Shown here one piece after another: positions 18,679-30,237 of a stretch of 64,000 nt of DNA (position 1 is its first letter; each line of letters starts with the position of its first letter). The stretch lies in contig OZ241374.1 in the NCBI GenBank assembly GCA_965200715.1, forward strand, positions 1,365,718 through 1,429,717, read 5' to 3'. The translations under genes and the position numbers were made by a program. Origin of the DNA: Arenicellales bacterium. GTDB taxonomy: Bacteria > Pseudomonadota > Gammaproteobacteria > Arenicellales > Poriferihabitantaceae. A model generated the notes under the pieces. That model had not been told where the DNA came from, searched no databases, and was given only the letters and a program-made list of their open reading frames with translations.

Positions 18679-19289
18679 TATTGCGCTTCCTGAAATGTTG
18701 TCCCTAAACGTTGCAGATAGGTGATCATTGCATCCATCTCGGTTTTGCCGAGCAATTCACCTGCTGCATTTTGTATATCCTCATCCGAATAGGGTACTCC
18801 TAACGCTTTCAGGGCTCGGAGTTTGCGCTGAATGCTCAGGGTCGATAGTGACTTCTCTTCAAGCCATGGATAACCGGGCATGATTGACTCCGGTACAACT
18901 AGTCTGGGATTGATCAAGTGAATCCGATGCCATTCATCGCTATAACGTCCACCAACCCTAGCCAAATCAGGGCCAGTGCGTTTGGAACCCCACTGAAATG
19001 GCCGATCATAGACATATTCACCTGCAACAGAATAGTGGCCGTATCTTTCGGTTTCAGCACGAAATGGGCGAATCATCTGGGAATGGCAATTGTAACACCC
19101 CTCCCGGATATAGATATCGCGGCCGGCTAACTCGAGTGGGGAGTATGGTTTTAGACCGGTGATGGGTTCGGTAGTAGTTGTCTGAAAATACAGAGGAACG
19201 ATTTGAATAAGCCCACCAACGCTGATTGTCAGCAAGGTAAGAATAATCAAGATACCGATGTTTTTTTCTGCTGTTTGCTGAAGTCCCAT
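18678..19289 (-). CDS. ccoO: cbb3-type cytochrome c oxidase subunit II (monoheme)
   Basis: 203 aa. [21 protein letters not shown] is a hallmark CcoO block. Confidence 0.93.
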   Translation of the reverse strand: MGLQQTAEKNIGILIILTLLTISVGGLIQIVPLYFQTTTTEPITGLKPYSPLELAGRDIYIREGCYNCHSQMIRPFRAETERYGHYSVAGEYVYDRPFQWGSKRTGPDLARVGGRYSDEWHRIHLINPRLVVPESIMPGYPWLEEKSLSTLSIQRKLRALKALGVPYSDEDIQNAAGELLGKTEMDAMITYLQRLGTTFQEAQ

Positions 19290-19294
19290 CGATT

Positions 19295-20719
19295 TTAACC
19301 CGTTACTGTCTGTGTCTGACTTTGATTCTGAATCATCGTGACCGGCGAACAGATTGTTTTGTAGAGATTGTACGCCATTAACAACATTCCTACTAAGTAG
19401 AGTAAACCCCCCAGAAAACGTATGATATAAAAGGGATGCATAGCCTGTACACTCTCAATAAAGCTATAGGTCAGCGTTCCGTCAGGGTTTACCGCTCGCC
19501 ACATTAACCCTTGCATAATTCCCGATACCCACATTGCAGTGATATAAAGAACGATACCAATGGTAGCCACTAGAAAGTGTATATTCGCAAGTCGAACACT
19601 GTACAGTTCTCGATTGGCTAATCGTGGAATTAGATAATACATCGCTCCAATAGAGATGAATCCTACCCACCCCAAAGCACCAGAGTGAACATGGCCGATG
19701 GTCCAATCTGTGTAATGTGAGAGTGCATTTACAGTCTTAATCGACATCATTGGACCTTCAAATGTAGACATCCCATAAAACGAAACGGAAACCACCAGAA
19801 ACTTCAGGATTGGATCGGTTCTCAGCTTCTCCCAAGCACCGGAGAGAGTCATGATGCCGTTCACCATGCCACCCCATGAGGGTGCTAGCAAAATCAGCGA
19901 GAATACCATGCCCAACGACTGAGCCCAGTCTGGGAGAGCTGTGTAATGAAGGTGATGCGGTCCAGCCCAGATATAAGTGAACACCAAAGCCCAGAAATGC
20001 ACTACAGACAGGCGATAGGAGTAAACCGGTCTATTGGCTTGTTTGGGTATAAAATAGTACATGATTCCCAAAAACCCGGCCGTTAGGAAGAAGCCAACTG
20101 CATTGTGCCCATACCACCACTGCACCATTGCATCTTGCACACCAGCATATGCCGAATAGGACTTAAATAGGGTAACTGGCATTGCTGCACTATTTACGAC
20201 ATGAAGAACGGCTACAGCAATGATGAAGCCAGCAAAAAACCAGTTTGCAACGTAAATGTGAGGGATTTTTCTCTTTAGAATGGTGCCAAAGAAAACGATA
20301 GCGTAGGAGACCCAAACGATCGTGATGAGAATATCAATTGGCCATTCTAGTTCAGCGTATTCTTTGCTAGTGGTTATTCCCAATGGGAGTGTAATTGCAG
20401 CCAAAACGATGACGGTTTGCCACCCCCAGAAGGTTAATGAAGCAAGAAAGTCAGAAAACAGTCTTACACCGCAGGTTCTCTGGACTACATAATAGGAGGT
20501 AGCAAAAAGTGCACAACCTCCAAAAGCAAATATTACTGCATTGGTATGTAAAGGTCTCAACCGGCCGAATGTTAGCCATGCAATATCAAAATTTAGAGCA
20601 GGCCAGGCAAGTTGTGCTGCGATGACTACCCCTACTAGCATGCCAACAATACCCCATACAACAGTCATTATGGCAAACTGCTGAACAACCTTATCGTTAT
20701 ATTTCACTGTTTCGTTCAT
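19295..20719 (-). CDS. ccoN: cbb3-type cytochrome c oxidase subunit I
   Basis: Track ORF extends to 20764 but that would overlap yip1. ATG at 20719 ([12 protein letters not shown]). Heme-copper blocks [12 protein letters not shown] and [11 protein letters not shown]. Confidence 0.93.
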   Translation of the reverse strand: MNETVKYNDKVVQQFAIMTVVWGIVGMLVGVVIAAQLAWPALNFDIAWLTFGRLRPLHTNAVIFAFGGCALFATSYYVVQRTCGVRLFSDFLASLTFWGWQTVIVLAAITLPLGITTSKEYAELEWPIDILITIVWVSYAIVFFGTILKRKIPHIYVANWFFAGFIIAVAVLHVVNSAAMPVTLFKSYSAYAGVQDAMVQWWYGHNAVGFFLTAGFLGIMYYFIPKQANRPVYSYRLSVVHFWALVFTYIWAGPHHLHYTALPDWAQSLGMVFSLILLAPSWGGMVNGIMTLSGAWEKLRTDPILKFLVVSVSFYGMSTFEGPMMSIKTVNALSHYTDWTIGHVHSGALGWVGFISIGAMYYLIPRLANRELYSVRLANIHFLVATIGIVLYITAMWVSGIMQGLMWRAVNPDGTLTYSFIESVQAMHPFYIIRFLGGLLYLVGMLLMAYNLYKTICSPVTMIQNQSQTQTVTG

Positions 20720-20727
20720 TGGTATGT

Positions 20728-21327
20728 TTAGTAGGTGAAAACAGGCCCAACACCAAAGTCCCACAGAATGACTGAAGCAGCCAACGTTGCGACTAGCGAT
20801 ACCAAACTAGCAGCCAGTACTGCACTAGAAAATAAAAAACCTTGTTGATCCGATATATCCATTATGATCGGCACTCCTCGATAGAGAAGATAAACTGCGT
20901 ATGTCATTCCAATCAATCCAATTAATAGGTTAATCCATAACTCAGGATACACCTGAGCAATACCGGATATGAGCAACGGGATTGCAGAAAAAATCGCGAG
21001 AGCCAGACAACGGGCGAAAGGTTGGCGTTCCCCATAGGTAGACGACATCCAATGAATCAATTGGGCAATGACATAAAATGCAACCAGTAAAGCGAAAAAG
21101 TATAGGATAGAGATCGGTAGAGCGCTATCTGGAGTCAGTTTAACTGGTGGGTTGTTGCCTACCTGCCAGCCGTGATGGGTGGTGCCATAATACCCGGCTA
21201 GTGGGGGAATTAAGGAAAGAGGAATAACAACTTGAAGATACAAACTCGCAACCGATAATGTCTCCGTTCGCAAGGATTTCCAAACTGCATCGGGTTGGCT
21301 GAAGATAGAAAAAACGTGTTTGAACAT
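20728..21327 (-). CDS. Yip1-domain inner-membrane protein
   Basis: 199 aa with 5 predicted TM. N-terminal [14 protein letters not shown] as in Yip1/YohC-like proteins. Its stop is 8 nt before the ccoN start. Confidence 0.55.
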   Translation of the reverse strand: MFKHVFSIFSQPDAVWKSLRTETLSVASLYLQVVIPLSLIPPLAGYYGTTHHGWQVGNNPPVKLTPDSALPISILYFFALLVAFYVIAQLIHWMSSTYGERQPFARCLALAIFSAIPLLISGIAQVYPELWINLLIGLIGMTYAVYLLYRGVPIIMDISDQQGFLFSSAVLAASLVSLVATLAASVILWDFGVGPVFTY

Positions 21328-21464
21328 TATCCCTGTCTTGCTATAGGATTATCAGAAGCAAAACTTTGAATTAGTCATAAAGACTAATCTATTTTGCTAA
21401 TTCTCAGGAAGACATTGTAATATTAATACGAAAGAAGCGCAACAATTTTTTAGGATAATTTGTC

Positions 21465-23738
21465 TTGTCCAACCAAAAGTCTCAATATACTGAATTTGAT
21501 GATTCCATCGGGTTATCCCCAGCTTTAACGGAACGTTATCTTGCTAGGCAGAATGATAAGTTGACTCAAGTTGTATTCATTATTTCTGGGATTACCTGTG
21601 GTGGTTGTATTCGGAAGATTGAGTCTAACTTACTTAAGTTACCAGGAGTGCGCACGGCATCTGTCAATTCTGTTAGCCATCGGGCAACCATTAGTTTTGA
21701 CCATCGTTTACTCACGCTGAGTGACATTGTTCATCAGCTCAAAAAAATTGGTTATCCATCCACACCCTATGAGCCCCGACTACAAGAACTAAAAATCGAA
21801 TCAGAGCGTCGGCAAGCTTTGCTCAGAATAATGGTAGCTGGTGCTTTGGGCATGCAGGTCATGATGATTGCGACAGCGCTCTATTTTGGTGAAGCCTATG
21901 GTATGGACGAGTCCTTGAGAATTATGCTCGAGTACGTTGCACTGTTGTTGACTGTGCCAATTATGTTGTTTAGTGCAAAGCCGTTTTTTCAGCAAGCTTG
22001 GATGAATATGAAAAATCAGCAAGCTGGTATGGATATACCTGTCTCTTTGGCATTGATTGTCGCATTTTTCGGTAGTGCATGGACAACCATTGGTAATCCA
22101 GGTCAGATTTATTATGAATCGATTGCCATGTTCGTACTATTATTATTGTGCGCGCGCTTTTTAGAACTGTCGGCAAGAAGACGGAGTTTAGCGACAATCC
22201 TGAAAATTGAAAAATCTATTCCGGAAAGTGCGATGCGGTTGATGCATGGCCAATCGGTTCAAGTCGATATCCGTGAAATTGAAATTGGTGATCTCATTGT
22301 TGTTCAGCCGGGTGAGATTATTCCGGTAGATGGAACAATTCAGACTGGTCAGACCACTACGGACGAATCCCTGTTAACTGGAGAAAGCATACCTGTGATG
22401 AAGACTGAAGGCAATCAGGTTGTCGCCGGTAGCGTGAATCTTGAATCTCCGATTACCATTTTGGTTTCTATCTCTACTGACGGTTTTGTGGTCAACCAGA
22501 TCCTGAGTTTAGCTGAAACCGCACAGACTGGAAAAACTCAAACAGCATTAATGGCAGACCGGATTGCGTCCTATTTTATATTAGCTGTTCTGGTCTTGGC
22601 TTTTATTTCAGGCCTAGCATGGTGGGTGATTGACTCAACTCTTTGGCTCGCTGTGGTCATTTCTACATTGGTGGTGGCTTGTCCTTGTGCACTCTCACTC
22701 GCTACGCCTACGGCTTTCATTGCGGCAATGGGTAGACTATCTCGTCAAGGTATCGTTACTTTAAAGAGTGAGTTCCTTGAGGGTATACGCGAACTTGATG
22801 TCATTGTGTTTGATAAAACTGGCACCTTAACGAAGGGTGTTTTTGAATTGAAGGGTACCCAGTTATGTGAGGGTTGGGAGGAATCTCAAGCTCTATTAAC
22901 TGCAGCCTCACTTAATCAGTATTCGTATCACCCGTTTGCAAAAGCATTTCGAGATGCAATCGAGAAAAATGCAGATTTTGAATATCTGGAAATTGAGGAT
23001 CTGACTTCAGTTACTGGTTCTGGAATTATTGGCTCCTATCGAGGTGAAGAAGTTATGATTGGTTCTTCTCGATTCATTCGCTCCTCAGTATCTGCATCGG
23101 ATCATATGCTAAATTGGAAACCAGAAACGGATAATAGTGTTTGTTATTTGGCTCATGGTGGAAAAGTAGTCGCAAGATTTGAGCTGAATGACACTCTGCG
23201 AGAAGATGCCAGAGATGTTATTGAAGAGTTAAAGAGTAGGGGTTTGAATTTGGTTATCCTTTCTGGAGATAGTAGGGATGCAGTAGAGCGAGTATCCCAT
23301 GAAACCGGAATCGACACATTTTATGCAGAAATGTCTCCAAGTGAAAAGCTCGAGTTTGTACGTGAACAAATCAATGCTGGAAATCGGGTAGCCGTGATCG
23401 GGGATGGTATTAATGATGCTCCTATGGCTGCACATGCAAATGTATCCATCGCCATGGGTGAGGCTTCGGATTTAACTAGCCTTCATTCCGATGCAGTTCT
23501 GCTTAATGGTAGGCTAACCGAGATCTTGGAAGTAATTGAAGTTGCGTGGCAGACTCGCAAGACTATTCTTCAGAATATGTCATGGGCCCTTGGTTACAAT
23601 CTACTAGCGATTCCATGTGCCATATTTGGATTGGTTCCACCCTGGTTGGCAGCTATAGGAATGTCGACTAGTTCACTGATTGTGAGTGGTAACGCATTGA
23701 GGATGGGTCAGTCTCCAACTCGGCGTAAACGACAGTGA
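21465..23738 (+). CDS. ccoI: Heavy-metal (Cu) P1B-type ATPase, CcoI/FixI-like
   Basis: 757 aa, TTG start. HMA domain GITCGGCIRKIE, CPC motif VVACPCALSLATP, DKTGTLT, GDGINDAP. Followed by ccoS. Confidence 0.85.
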   Translation: MSNQKSQYTEFDDSIGLSPALTERYLARQNDKLTQVVFIISGITCGGCIRKIESNLLKLPGVRTASVNSVSHRATISFDHRLLTLSDIVHQLKKIGYPSTPYEPRLQELKIESERRQALLRIMVAGALGMQVMMIATALYFGEAYGMDESLRIMLEYVALLLTVPIMLFSAKPFFQQAWMNMKNQQAGMDIPVSLALIVAFFGSAWTTIGNPGQIYYESIAMFVLLLLCARFLELSARRRSLATILKIEKSIPESAMRLMHGQSVQVDIREIEIGDLIVVQPGEIIPVDGTIQTGQTTTDESLLTGESIPVMKTEGNQVVAGSVNLESPITILVSISTDGFVVNQILSLAETAQTGKTQTALMADRIASYFILAVLVLAFISGLAWWVIDSTLWLAVVISTLVVACPCALSLATPTAFIAAMGRLSRQGIVTLKSEFLEGIRELDVIVFDKTGTLTKGVFELKGTQLCEGWEESQALLTAASLNQYSYHPFAKAFRDAIEKNADFEYLEIEDLTSVTGSGIIGSYRGEEVMIGSSRFIRSSVSASDHMLNWKPETDNSVCYLAHGGKVVARFELNDTLREDARDVIEELKSRGLNLVILSGDSRDAVERVSHETGIDTFYAEMSPSEKLEFVREQINAGNRVAVIGDGINDAPMAAHANVSIAMGEASDLTSLHSDAVLLNGRLTEILEVIEVAWQTRKTILQNMSWALGYNLLAIPCAIFGLVPPWLAAIGMSTSSLIVSGNALRMGQSPTRRKRQ

Positions 23739-23753
23739 AGTCGAATTGATAAG

Positions 23754-23900
23754 ATGGACATTCTGTATCTCATGATTCCGTTATCTTTATTGTTGTTAGT
23801 CTTGATAGTGGGCGGTGCGATTTGGGCAGTTCTGACTGGGCAGTTCGATGATTTGGACTCACCGGCACACCGAATTCTGGATAATGATCAAGAAGAATAG
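23754..23900 (+). CDS. ccoS: cbb3 oxidase maturation protein CcoS/FixS
   Basis: Own translation, 48 aa: MDILYLMIPLSLLLLVLIVGGAIWAVLTGQFDDLDSPAHRILDNDQEE. GQFDDL...RIL is typical of CcoS. Confidence 0.75.
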   Translation: MDILYLMIPLSLLLLVLIVGGAIWAVLTGQFDDLDSPAHRILDNDQEE

Positions 23901-24129
23901 TGTACAACCCTGTAAGGGAAAAACACAGGGTCACTGCATCTGCATTCTTCCATACCAATCAATTATGATATGGAAATATTCTTGATAATTCCTTTAAGAA
24001 ATTGACTATACGTAAAAAATACTCTTATTTTTAATTCTGTTTCAGAGTTCAAATATCGAATGGAAAAATGTTGTTAATTTCGGTATCATATATATTCATT
24101 CATTTTATGAACATAAGAGGAAACTATTC

Positions 24130-25761
24130 ATGAAAAAAATCATAGAGCCTCAGAAAATCAGGGGGAAACTCGATTATTCTGATCTATCCGAGAAAGACAA
24201 GTCGCTGGTAGAGGACGCAGTTAAATCTGGATATTCAAGACGCCATGTCCTCAAACTCATGGCGGTCACTGGTGTATCTTTAGCGACTGCACAGAATTTA
24301 TTGAGTACAGGCGGTCAAGCAATGGCCATGACACCAAAAAAGGGGGGTTCAGTTCGGGTTGCGGCAAATACTCATGGCCCGGATGATCAGCTTTTCCCTC
24401 AGCAATTCACTGCTTGGATTGACTATTCCAGAGGCCGTGCAACATACAATGGCCTGTGTCAGTTAGGGGAGGGAATTGTTCCTCAACCGGAATTGGCTAC
24501 CGAGTGGTCTTCTAATGCTGATGCTACGGAGTGGACTTTCCAGTTACGCAAGGGTGTTACCTTTCATGATGGTACTCCATTCACGGCTGATGATGTTGTT
24601 TACACCATGAATCGACATGTAGCAGAAGATTCAACCTCTACGATCAAATCGGTCCTCAGTTCTGTCAAGGAATGGAGGAAAGTCAATAGTCATGAGGTGA
24701 AGGTAGAGATGAATTCTCCGAATTCGGATCTGCCAATTTTGATGGGCCTTTTCCAGTCAAAGATTGTGAAGAATGGGTCGACTGGGGATGGTATTGGAAC
24801 CGGTCCCTTTGTTCTGGATTCATTTGAGCCAGGCATCAAGTCAGTGCACAGCAAAAACCCAAATTACTGGCGAGATGGGGCCAATTTGGATAATATTGAA
24901 ATTACCGGAATTACCGATCCTGCCGCACGTACCAATGCATTGTTGGCTGGTGATGTCCAGTTGATCGTTGCAGTTGATCCGAAATCCTTTCGTCAGATTG
25001 AATCCACCGATGGCGCTGAATTATTGTCAACACCGGCTGCTGTTCAGCTTGGGATTTGTTGTCTGAAGAGTAAAGAACCAGGCGCAAATGATGATTTCGT
25101 CAAGGGCATGCAGTATATTCAGGACCGAGAGCGTATTGTCGAAAAGATACTTCGCAATAAGGGTTCTGTCGGTAATGACACGCCTATCATGTTTGCTCAT
25201 GGAAGGGATTTCTGTGAAAACCTTCCACAGCGTGAATTTGACCCAGACAAGGCAAAATTCCATTTTGAGAAATCAGGACATAAATCGGCTGATCTCCATA
25301 TCGCTCCGGTGGCATCAGGTTTAGAGGATATGTGTTTACTCGCACAAGCTAATGCCGCAAAAATTGGATTTAAGCTCAATATCAAAAAAGTACCAGCTGA
25401 TGGTTATTGGGGTGCTGTATGGTTAAAGGAGCCTCTCAATGTGGTGACTTGGTTCCCACGGCCTACCGCAAATTCCCAGATTGCTATTCAATTCGCACCC
25501 GGAGCTGCATGGAATGATACCCATTGGAATAATGACAGACTTGGAGAATTACTGAAACTTTCCTTGGCAGAAACGAACCCAGAAAAACGAGAGCAAATGT
25601 ACTGTGAAATGCAGACTCTCATTCACAATGGCAGTGGTATGGTAATTCCCGCATTCTCGAATATCAATGATGCTATCGCTTCCAATGTCATGGGTGTGCC
25701 CAATATTCCCCTTGGTAATCTAGGCGGAGCAGAATGGCCCGAATTTATTTGGTTGGGTTAA
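24130..25761 (+). CDS. Family-5 (peptide/nickel/opine-type) ABC substrate-binding protein with Tat-type signal; no cognate permease/ATPase adjacent
   Basis: 543 aa. Twin-arginine SRRHVLKLMAVTGVSLATA. Family-5 blocks EWTFQLRKGVTFHDGTPFTADDVVYT and NPNYWRDG. Confidence 0.8.
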   Translation: MKKIIEPQKIRGKLDYSDLSEKDKSLVEDAVKSGYSRRHVLKLMAVTGVSLATAQNLLSTGGQAMAMTPKKGGSVRVAANTHGPDDQLFPQQFTAWIDYSRGRATYNGLCQLGEGIVPQPELATEWSSNADATEWTFQLRKGVTFHDGTPFTADDVVYTMNRHVAEDSTSTIKSVLSSVKEWRKVNSHEVKVEMNSPNSDLPILMGLFQSKIVKNGSTGDGIGTGPFVLDSFEPGIKSVHSKNPNYWRDGANLDNIEITGITDPAARTNALLAGDVQLIVAVDPKSFRQIESTDGAELLSTPAAVQLGICCLKSKEPGANDDFVKGMQYIQDRERIVEKILRNKGSVGNDTPIMFAHGRDFCENLPQREFDPDKAKFHFEKSGHKSADLHIAPVASGLEDMCLLAQANAAKIGFKLNIKKVPADGYWGAVWLKEPLNVVTWFPRPTANSQIAIQFAPGAAWNDTHWNNDRLGELLKLSLAETNPEKREQMYCEMQTLIHNGSGMVIPAFSNINDAIASNVMGVPNIPLGNLGGAEWPEFIWLG

Positions 25762-25789
25762 ACAATATTCAAACACAGAGGACAATCAT

Positions 25790-25830
25790 CGCTCGTGGGA
25801 AGCTCTTTCTCACGAGCGGCTGGTTTTTGT
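25790..25830 (+). terminator. Rho-independent terminator-like hairpin after the SBP gene
   Basis: CGCTCGTG-N13-CACGAGCG perfect 8-bp stem, followed by GCTGGTTTTTGTT. Confidence 0.55.
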
Positions 25831-25918
25831 TATGTCAGTGGGAACCTGAATCCGGTTGCAAAGACAGAACCGATAAGTTGTGAAACATATTAGCTGAGCA
25901 GAGCAGATCAGACGCGGA

Positions 25919-26662
25919 CTATACTCCACAACAGGAACAGGTAGGATTTCGGTTCAACTTCATGTGTTGCCATTCCATGGTCTTGCAATCGAATAACCAT
26001 ACAGTACCACATAAAGCAGGGTTTCCAAGAAGTGCATTTATCGCTTCCATTGCCTGCATACTACCAATAATACCAACTAGAGGTGCAATGACACCTTCCA
26101 TTTCACAGGTAGCGCTTTCAATAGACCGATCTGGATATAGACATTGGTAGCAAGGGCTTTCTGGATTTCTGGGATCAAATGAAGTGACTTGTCCTTCCCA
26201 GCGGATTGCAGCACCCGAAACCAGCGGGGTTTGTGTTTGTCTTGAAACATCATTCAATTCAAAACGGGTCGGAAAATTGTCTGAACAATCTACGATCAGA
26301 GATACATCTTGAGCCTGCTCCATAAAATCTTCGTAATCAAGAGCATAATTTAAAGTCTCAATCTGTATATCAGGATTGATAGCTCGTAATCGGTTTGCTG
26401 CAGATTCAGCTTTGTGTTGTCCAATATTCGCATATTCATGAATGACCTGTCGTTGAAGATTGGATTCATCAATATGATCAAAATCAGCGATATTTATGGT
26501 ACCAACACCTGCGGCCGCTAGATATAGACCGACTGGTGAGCCCAATCCCCCCATACCGACAATTAGAACTGAGGAATCACGAAGTCGCTCCTGTCCTTCA
26601 ATGCCAATTTGGGGTAACCGGATTTGCCGACTGTAACGTTCTTGAAAACTGCTCGGAGTCAT
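25919..26662 (-). CDS. moeB: MoeB/ThiF-family adenylyltransferase (molybdopterin synthase activating)
   Basis: Track ORF runs to 26692. Likely start is MTPSSFQERYSRQIRLPQIG. GMGGLGSP nucleotide loop, DFDHIDESNLQRQ, CYQCL and CSCCG zinc cysteines. Confidence 0.8.
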   Translation of the reverse strand: MTPSSFQERYSRQIRLPQIGIEGQERLRDSSVLIVGMGGLGSPVGLYLAAAGVGTINIADFDHIDESNLQRQVIHEYANIGQHKAESAANRLRAINPDIQIETLNYALDYEDFMEQAQDVSLIVDCSDNFPTRFELNDVSRQTQTPLVSGAAIRWEGQVTSFDPRNPESPCYQCLYPDRSIESATCEMEGVIAPLVGIIGSMQAMEAINALLGNPALCGTVWLFDCKTMEWQHMKLNRNPTCSCCGV

Positions 26663-27391
26663 CAAAAAATCTCGAATCAATAACACGCACATTATAAGTG
26701 TTACTTAATTGAAAAAAGCCGATGAATCGAAGGTATAACTAATTGTTCAGATGGCCCCTGCAAAAAACTGCATCTATTTCAAAGATATGAAAAACTGATA
26801 GACGATGAACCAATGTTTGTAGTATCTGACAACGTAAAATTAACCGAGAAATCGCGAATCAGGCCAGTACCGCTTTGATTGACCATATCGACATTCCCTG
26901 TCTGATCTTGTCTGCCAAAGACACGGTGAAGAGTCCGAACAAGAATATCAAAGCGAGGTTTGGATTGTATTGGGAGATACGGAACACCGGTTGGACTTTT
27001 CAGCAATAAATTTCGTTTACAAGGCAGAGGAAATCGAAATCTCCATCCTGTCTAAACTTCCCAGACCTGCAGAACCTGCACAAGTACGGTTTAAGAAAAA
27101 CGAAAAATGCAGGCGGTTTTGCAGAGTATAACCAGTAATTCATACTGATTATACGAAGCATATATGCAGTCCTCAATTAATTGGCATCTGGGATTGGACA
27201 ACTGCAAGCGAAAGGTGTTGGTTTAACTACCCTATTAAGCCATGAAATGAACGATGAGATCGTCTGATTTTCAATATCATGTATATAATCTACAAAATAA
27301 GAATTGGGATAAAGCCAGTCGAATTTCTGTATACTTAAGTTTTGGTAATTCAGACATGCAATTGACCGCAGATACGGTGGAGCTCTAACAA

Positions 27392-30181
27392 ATGAAACAA
27401 AATGATAACGGCAATTTATCCGACTTGGGCTTTCTAAGCGGCGGAAATATGCATTATCTCGAATCGCTGTATTCCGAAACCATGAAAACCGGAGGAGCAG
27501 TTTCTTCCGATACTACAGTTGAACAGTGGCGCACCGTTTTTGAATCGCTTCCCGTTATTGTTCCACGTGAGATCAATCTGGAAGGTTCAAAAACTTGGCT
27601 TGAAACAGCTGAACATAAGCAGGAACGAGTAGCCCGACTCATCATGACCTATCGCATGCAAGGACATTTGCGTGCTGATATTGATCCAATTGGAATTATG
27701 CCGAGAGGTGAAGCGACCGAACTTGACTTATCTGAGTTCGATTTAAATGAGAATGATCTCGACAGCGAATTTGATATTGGTGGCATGAGACCCGGAGGCA
27801 GAATGGCTCTCCGAGACATACTATCCTTCCTACAAAAGGTTTATTGCGGCTCTATCGGTTATGAAATCAACCATATTAATTCTAGAGAGAAACGCTTATG
27901 GTTGTGTCGAAAAGTTGAATCAAAATTTCCGGAAGATTTCTGTACAGTCGACGAAAGACTCAAAACGCTTGAGCGATTAGTGGCTGCGGAAGGACTTGAG
28001 AAATATTTGCATACGAAGTATGTAGGTCAAAAACGGTTTTCTCTGGAGGGCGGCGATTCACTGATTCCAATGATAGCTGATCTCGTTCAACAGTTCGGTG
28101 CCAAAGGTGTTAATGAAGTAGTCATCGGTATGGCACACCGAGGTCGATTGAATGTATTGGTCAATATACTGGGAAAATCTCCCAAAGAACTGTTTAGCGA
28201 ATTTGAAGGAAGATATGATTTTGAAATCGACAATACTAGCACTGGCGATGTCAAATATCATCAGGGGTTTTCCTCCGATATTAAAACTCCAGCCGGAAAT
28301 GTACATGTCGCTCTGTCGTTCAATCCTTCGCATCTGGAAATCATTAATCCAGTCGTTCAGGGTTCAGTGCGAGCTAGGCAAGAACGAAGACAGGATACAG
28401 ACAGAAGCAAAGTAGTGCCGATTTTGGTGCATGGAGATGCGTCTTTTGCGGGGCAAGGTGTGGTCATGGAAACTCTGAACATGGCGCAAACACGGGGATA
28501 TTCAACCGGCGGTACTATTCATATTATTGTGAATAATCAAATTGGATTTACAACGAACACCCTAGATGCCCGATCTACGTTGTACTGTACCGAAGTTGCG
28601 AAACTCGTTCAGGCTCCAATTTTTCATGTGAACGGTGATGACCCGGATGCGGTTATGTATGCAACCCGTTTGGCCATGGAATATCGCATGAATTTCAAAA
28701 AAGATGTGGTTTTGGATCTCGTTTGTTATCGTCGACATGGACATAATGAGGCAGACGAACCAAGCATCACCCAACCGGTTATGTATAGCATTATTCGGAA
28801 ACACCAGACACCAAGGGAAATCTATGCAAAAACCCTAATTGACGATGGATTGACAACCGAAAAGGATGTACAAGTCATGCTCAAGGCCTATCGTGACCGC
28901 CTTGACAAAGGAAAAGTAGTGGCTGGTCAGATTATTGACCCGAACAAGGCACTCGTAACCATCAACTGGGAACCTTATCTCGGTGGAGAATGGCGTGAAG
29001 ATGTGAATACGCAAGTGGCAACCAAACGGCTAGGAGAATTGGCCGAGATTCTTTCGAGATCACCCAATGATTTCACAGTTCACCCAAAAGTACAGTCGAT
29101 CCTTGAGGACCGAATTGCCATGGCACAAGGAGATAAACCTATGGACTGGGGTTGCGCTGAAATGCTGGCTTATGCATCTTTGCTTGATCAAGGTTATCTT
29201 GTTCGATTATCTGGACAGGATACAGGCCGAGGCACATTTTCTCATAGACATGCAACCTTGCATGATCAGAAAATTCCAAGAACACACATTCCTATGCAGT
29301 ACAACATTGTTGATAACCCGAGTAATTTTCTGGTTATCAATTCCCTACTATCGGAGGAAGCCGTGTTAGGTTTTGAATATGGATATGCCACCACTGAGCC
29401 AAATGCATTAGTCATCTGGGAAGGTCAGTTTGGAGATTTTGTGAATGGTGCTCAGGTTGTTATTGATCAGTTTATCTCGAGTGGTCAGCCAAAGTGGGGA
29501 CGTATCTGCGGTCTTGTTATGTTTCTTCCGCATGGTATGGAAGGGCAGGGACCAGAACATTCTTCAGCGAGACTTGAGCGATTTTTGCAACTATGCGCCA
29601 ACAACAATATTCAGGTATGTAACCCGACCACTCCTTGCCAAATCTTCCATTTATTGAGAAGACAGATGTTGCGAAATTTCCGCCGTCCCATGATTGTGAT
29701 GACTCCAAAGAGTTTACTCAGACACAAGCTTTCTGTATCCACAACGAACGATCTTGCGAAGGGTAGTTTTCAACCTGTGATTGGCGAGATTGATGATATT
29801 GATTCGTCAAATGTACAACGGGTTGTCCTTTGTAGCGGTAAGGTTTACTACGATATACTAGAGCAACGACGCCTGAAAAAGATCAACGATATCGCAGTAT
29901 TAAGACTTGAGCAACTGTATCCTTTTCCAGATCGTGAATTGGTTCAAAACATGCAGCAATTTAAACAGGCTGTAGAGATCGTCTGGTGTCAGGAAGAGCC
30001 AAAAAATCAAGGTTCTTGGTATCAGATTTACTATCCCCTCTCCAGACTTTTGAAACAAAAACAGAGGTTGAAGTATATTGGTCGAGAAGAATCCGCATCA
30101 CCGGCTGTCGGATACTATCAACTTCATATCCAGCAACAACAGCATATTGTTAATGCTGCTTTGTCTCTCGAAGAACTTTAG
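27392..30181 (+). CDS. sucA: 2-oxoglutarate dehydrogenase E1 component
   Basis: 929 aa. MAHRGRLNVLVNILGK, GDVKYHQG, HGDASFAGQGVV, WEGQFGDFVNGAQ. Confidence 0.95.
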   Translation: MKQNDNGNLSDLGFLSGGNMHYLESLYSETMKTGGAVSSDTTVEQWRTVFESLPVIVPREINLEGSKTWLETAEHKQERVARLIMTYRMQGHLRADIDPIGIMPRGEATELDLSEFDLNENDLDSEFDIGGMRPGGRMALRDILSFLQKVYCGSIGYEINHINSREKRLWLCRKVESKFPEDFCTVDERLKTLERLVAAEGLEKYLHTKYVGQKRFSLEGGDSLIPMIADLVQQFGAKGVNEVVIGMAHRGRLNVLVNILGKSPKELFSEFEGRYDFEIDNTSTGDVKYHQGFSSDIKTPAGNVHVALSFNPSHLEIINPVVQGSVRARQERRQDTDRSKVVPILVHGDASFAGQGVVMETLNMAQTRGYSTGGTIHIIVNNQIGFTTNTLDARSTLYCTEVAKLVQAPIFHVNGDDPDAVMYATRLAMEYRMNFKKDVVLDLVCYRRHGHNEADEPSITQPVMYSIIRKHQTPREIYAKTLIDDGLTTEKDVQVMLKAYRDRLDKGKVVAGQIIDPNKALVTINWEPYLGGEWREDVNTQVATKRLGELAEILSRSPNDFTVHPKVQSILEDRIAMAQGDKPMDWGCAEMLAYASLLDQGYLVRLSGQDTGRGTFSHRHATLHDQKIPRTHIPMQYNIVDNPSNFLVINSLLSEEAVLGFEYGYATTEPNALVIWEGQFGDFVNGAQVVIDQFISSGQPKWGRICGLVMFLPHGMEGQGPEHSSARLERFLQLCANNNIQVCNPTTPCQIFHLLRRQMLRNFRRPMIVMTPKSLLRHKLSVSTTNDLAKGSFQPVIGEIDDIDSSNVQRVVLCSGKVYYDILEQRRLKKINDIAVLRLEQLYPFPDRELVQNMQQFKQAVEIVWCQEEPKNQGSWYQIYYPLSRLLKQKQRLKYIGREESASPAVGYYQLHIQQQQHIVNAALSLEEL

Positions 30182-30237
30182 TTCTTGGTATTTGAATATA
30201 AAATAGCTCCTGCAACTTCACTTGATAAGATATCCGC

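Noticed and set aside
20720-20764. 15-codon N-terminal extension of ccoN given in the ORF track
   Set aside because: It would overlap the yip1 stop. The conserved CcoN sequence begins at MNETVKYN (ATG 20719).
21328-21464. FNR/Anr box (TTGAT-N4-ATCAA) expected upstream of a cbb3 operon
   Set aside because: No match better than a half-site. The only symmetric element is ATTAGTC-N5-GACTAAT (21369-21387), which does not resemble the FNR consensus.
26779-27200. Possible alpha/beta-hydrolase remnant (…LIDHIDIPCLILSAKDTV… on plus strand) and the 75-aa minus ORF
   Set aside because: Only one short suggestive motif. Frames are broken, and I cannot support a family call without a search.
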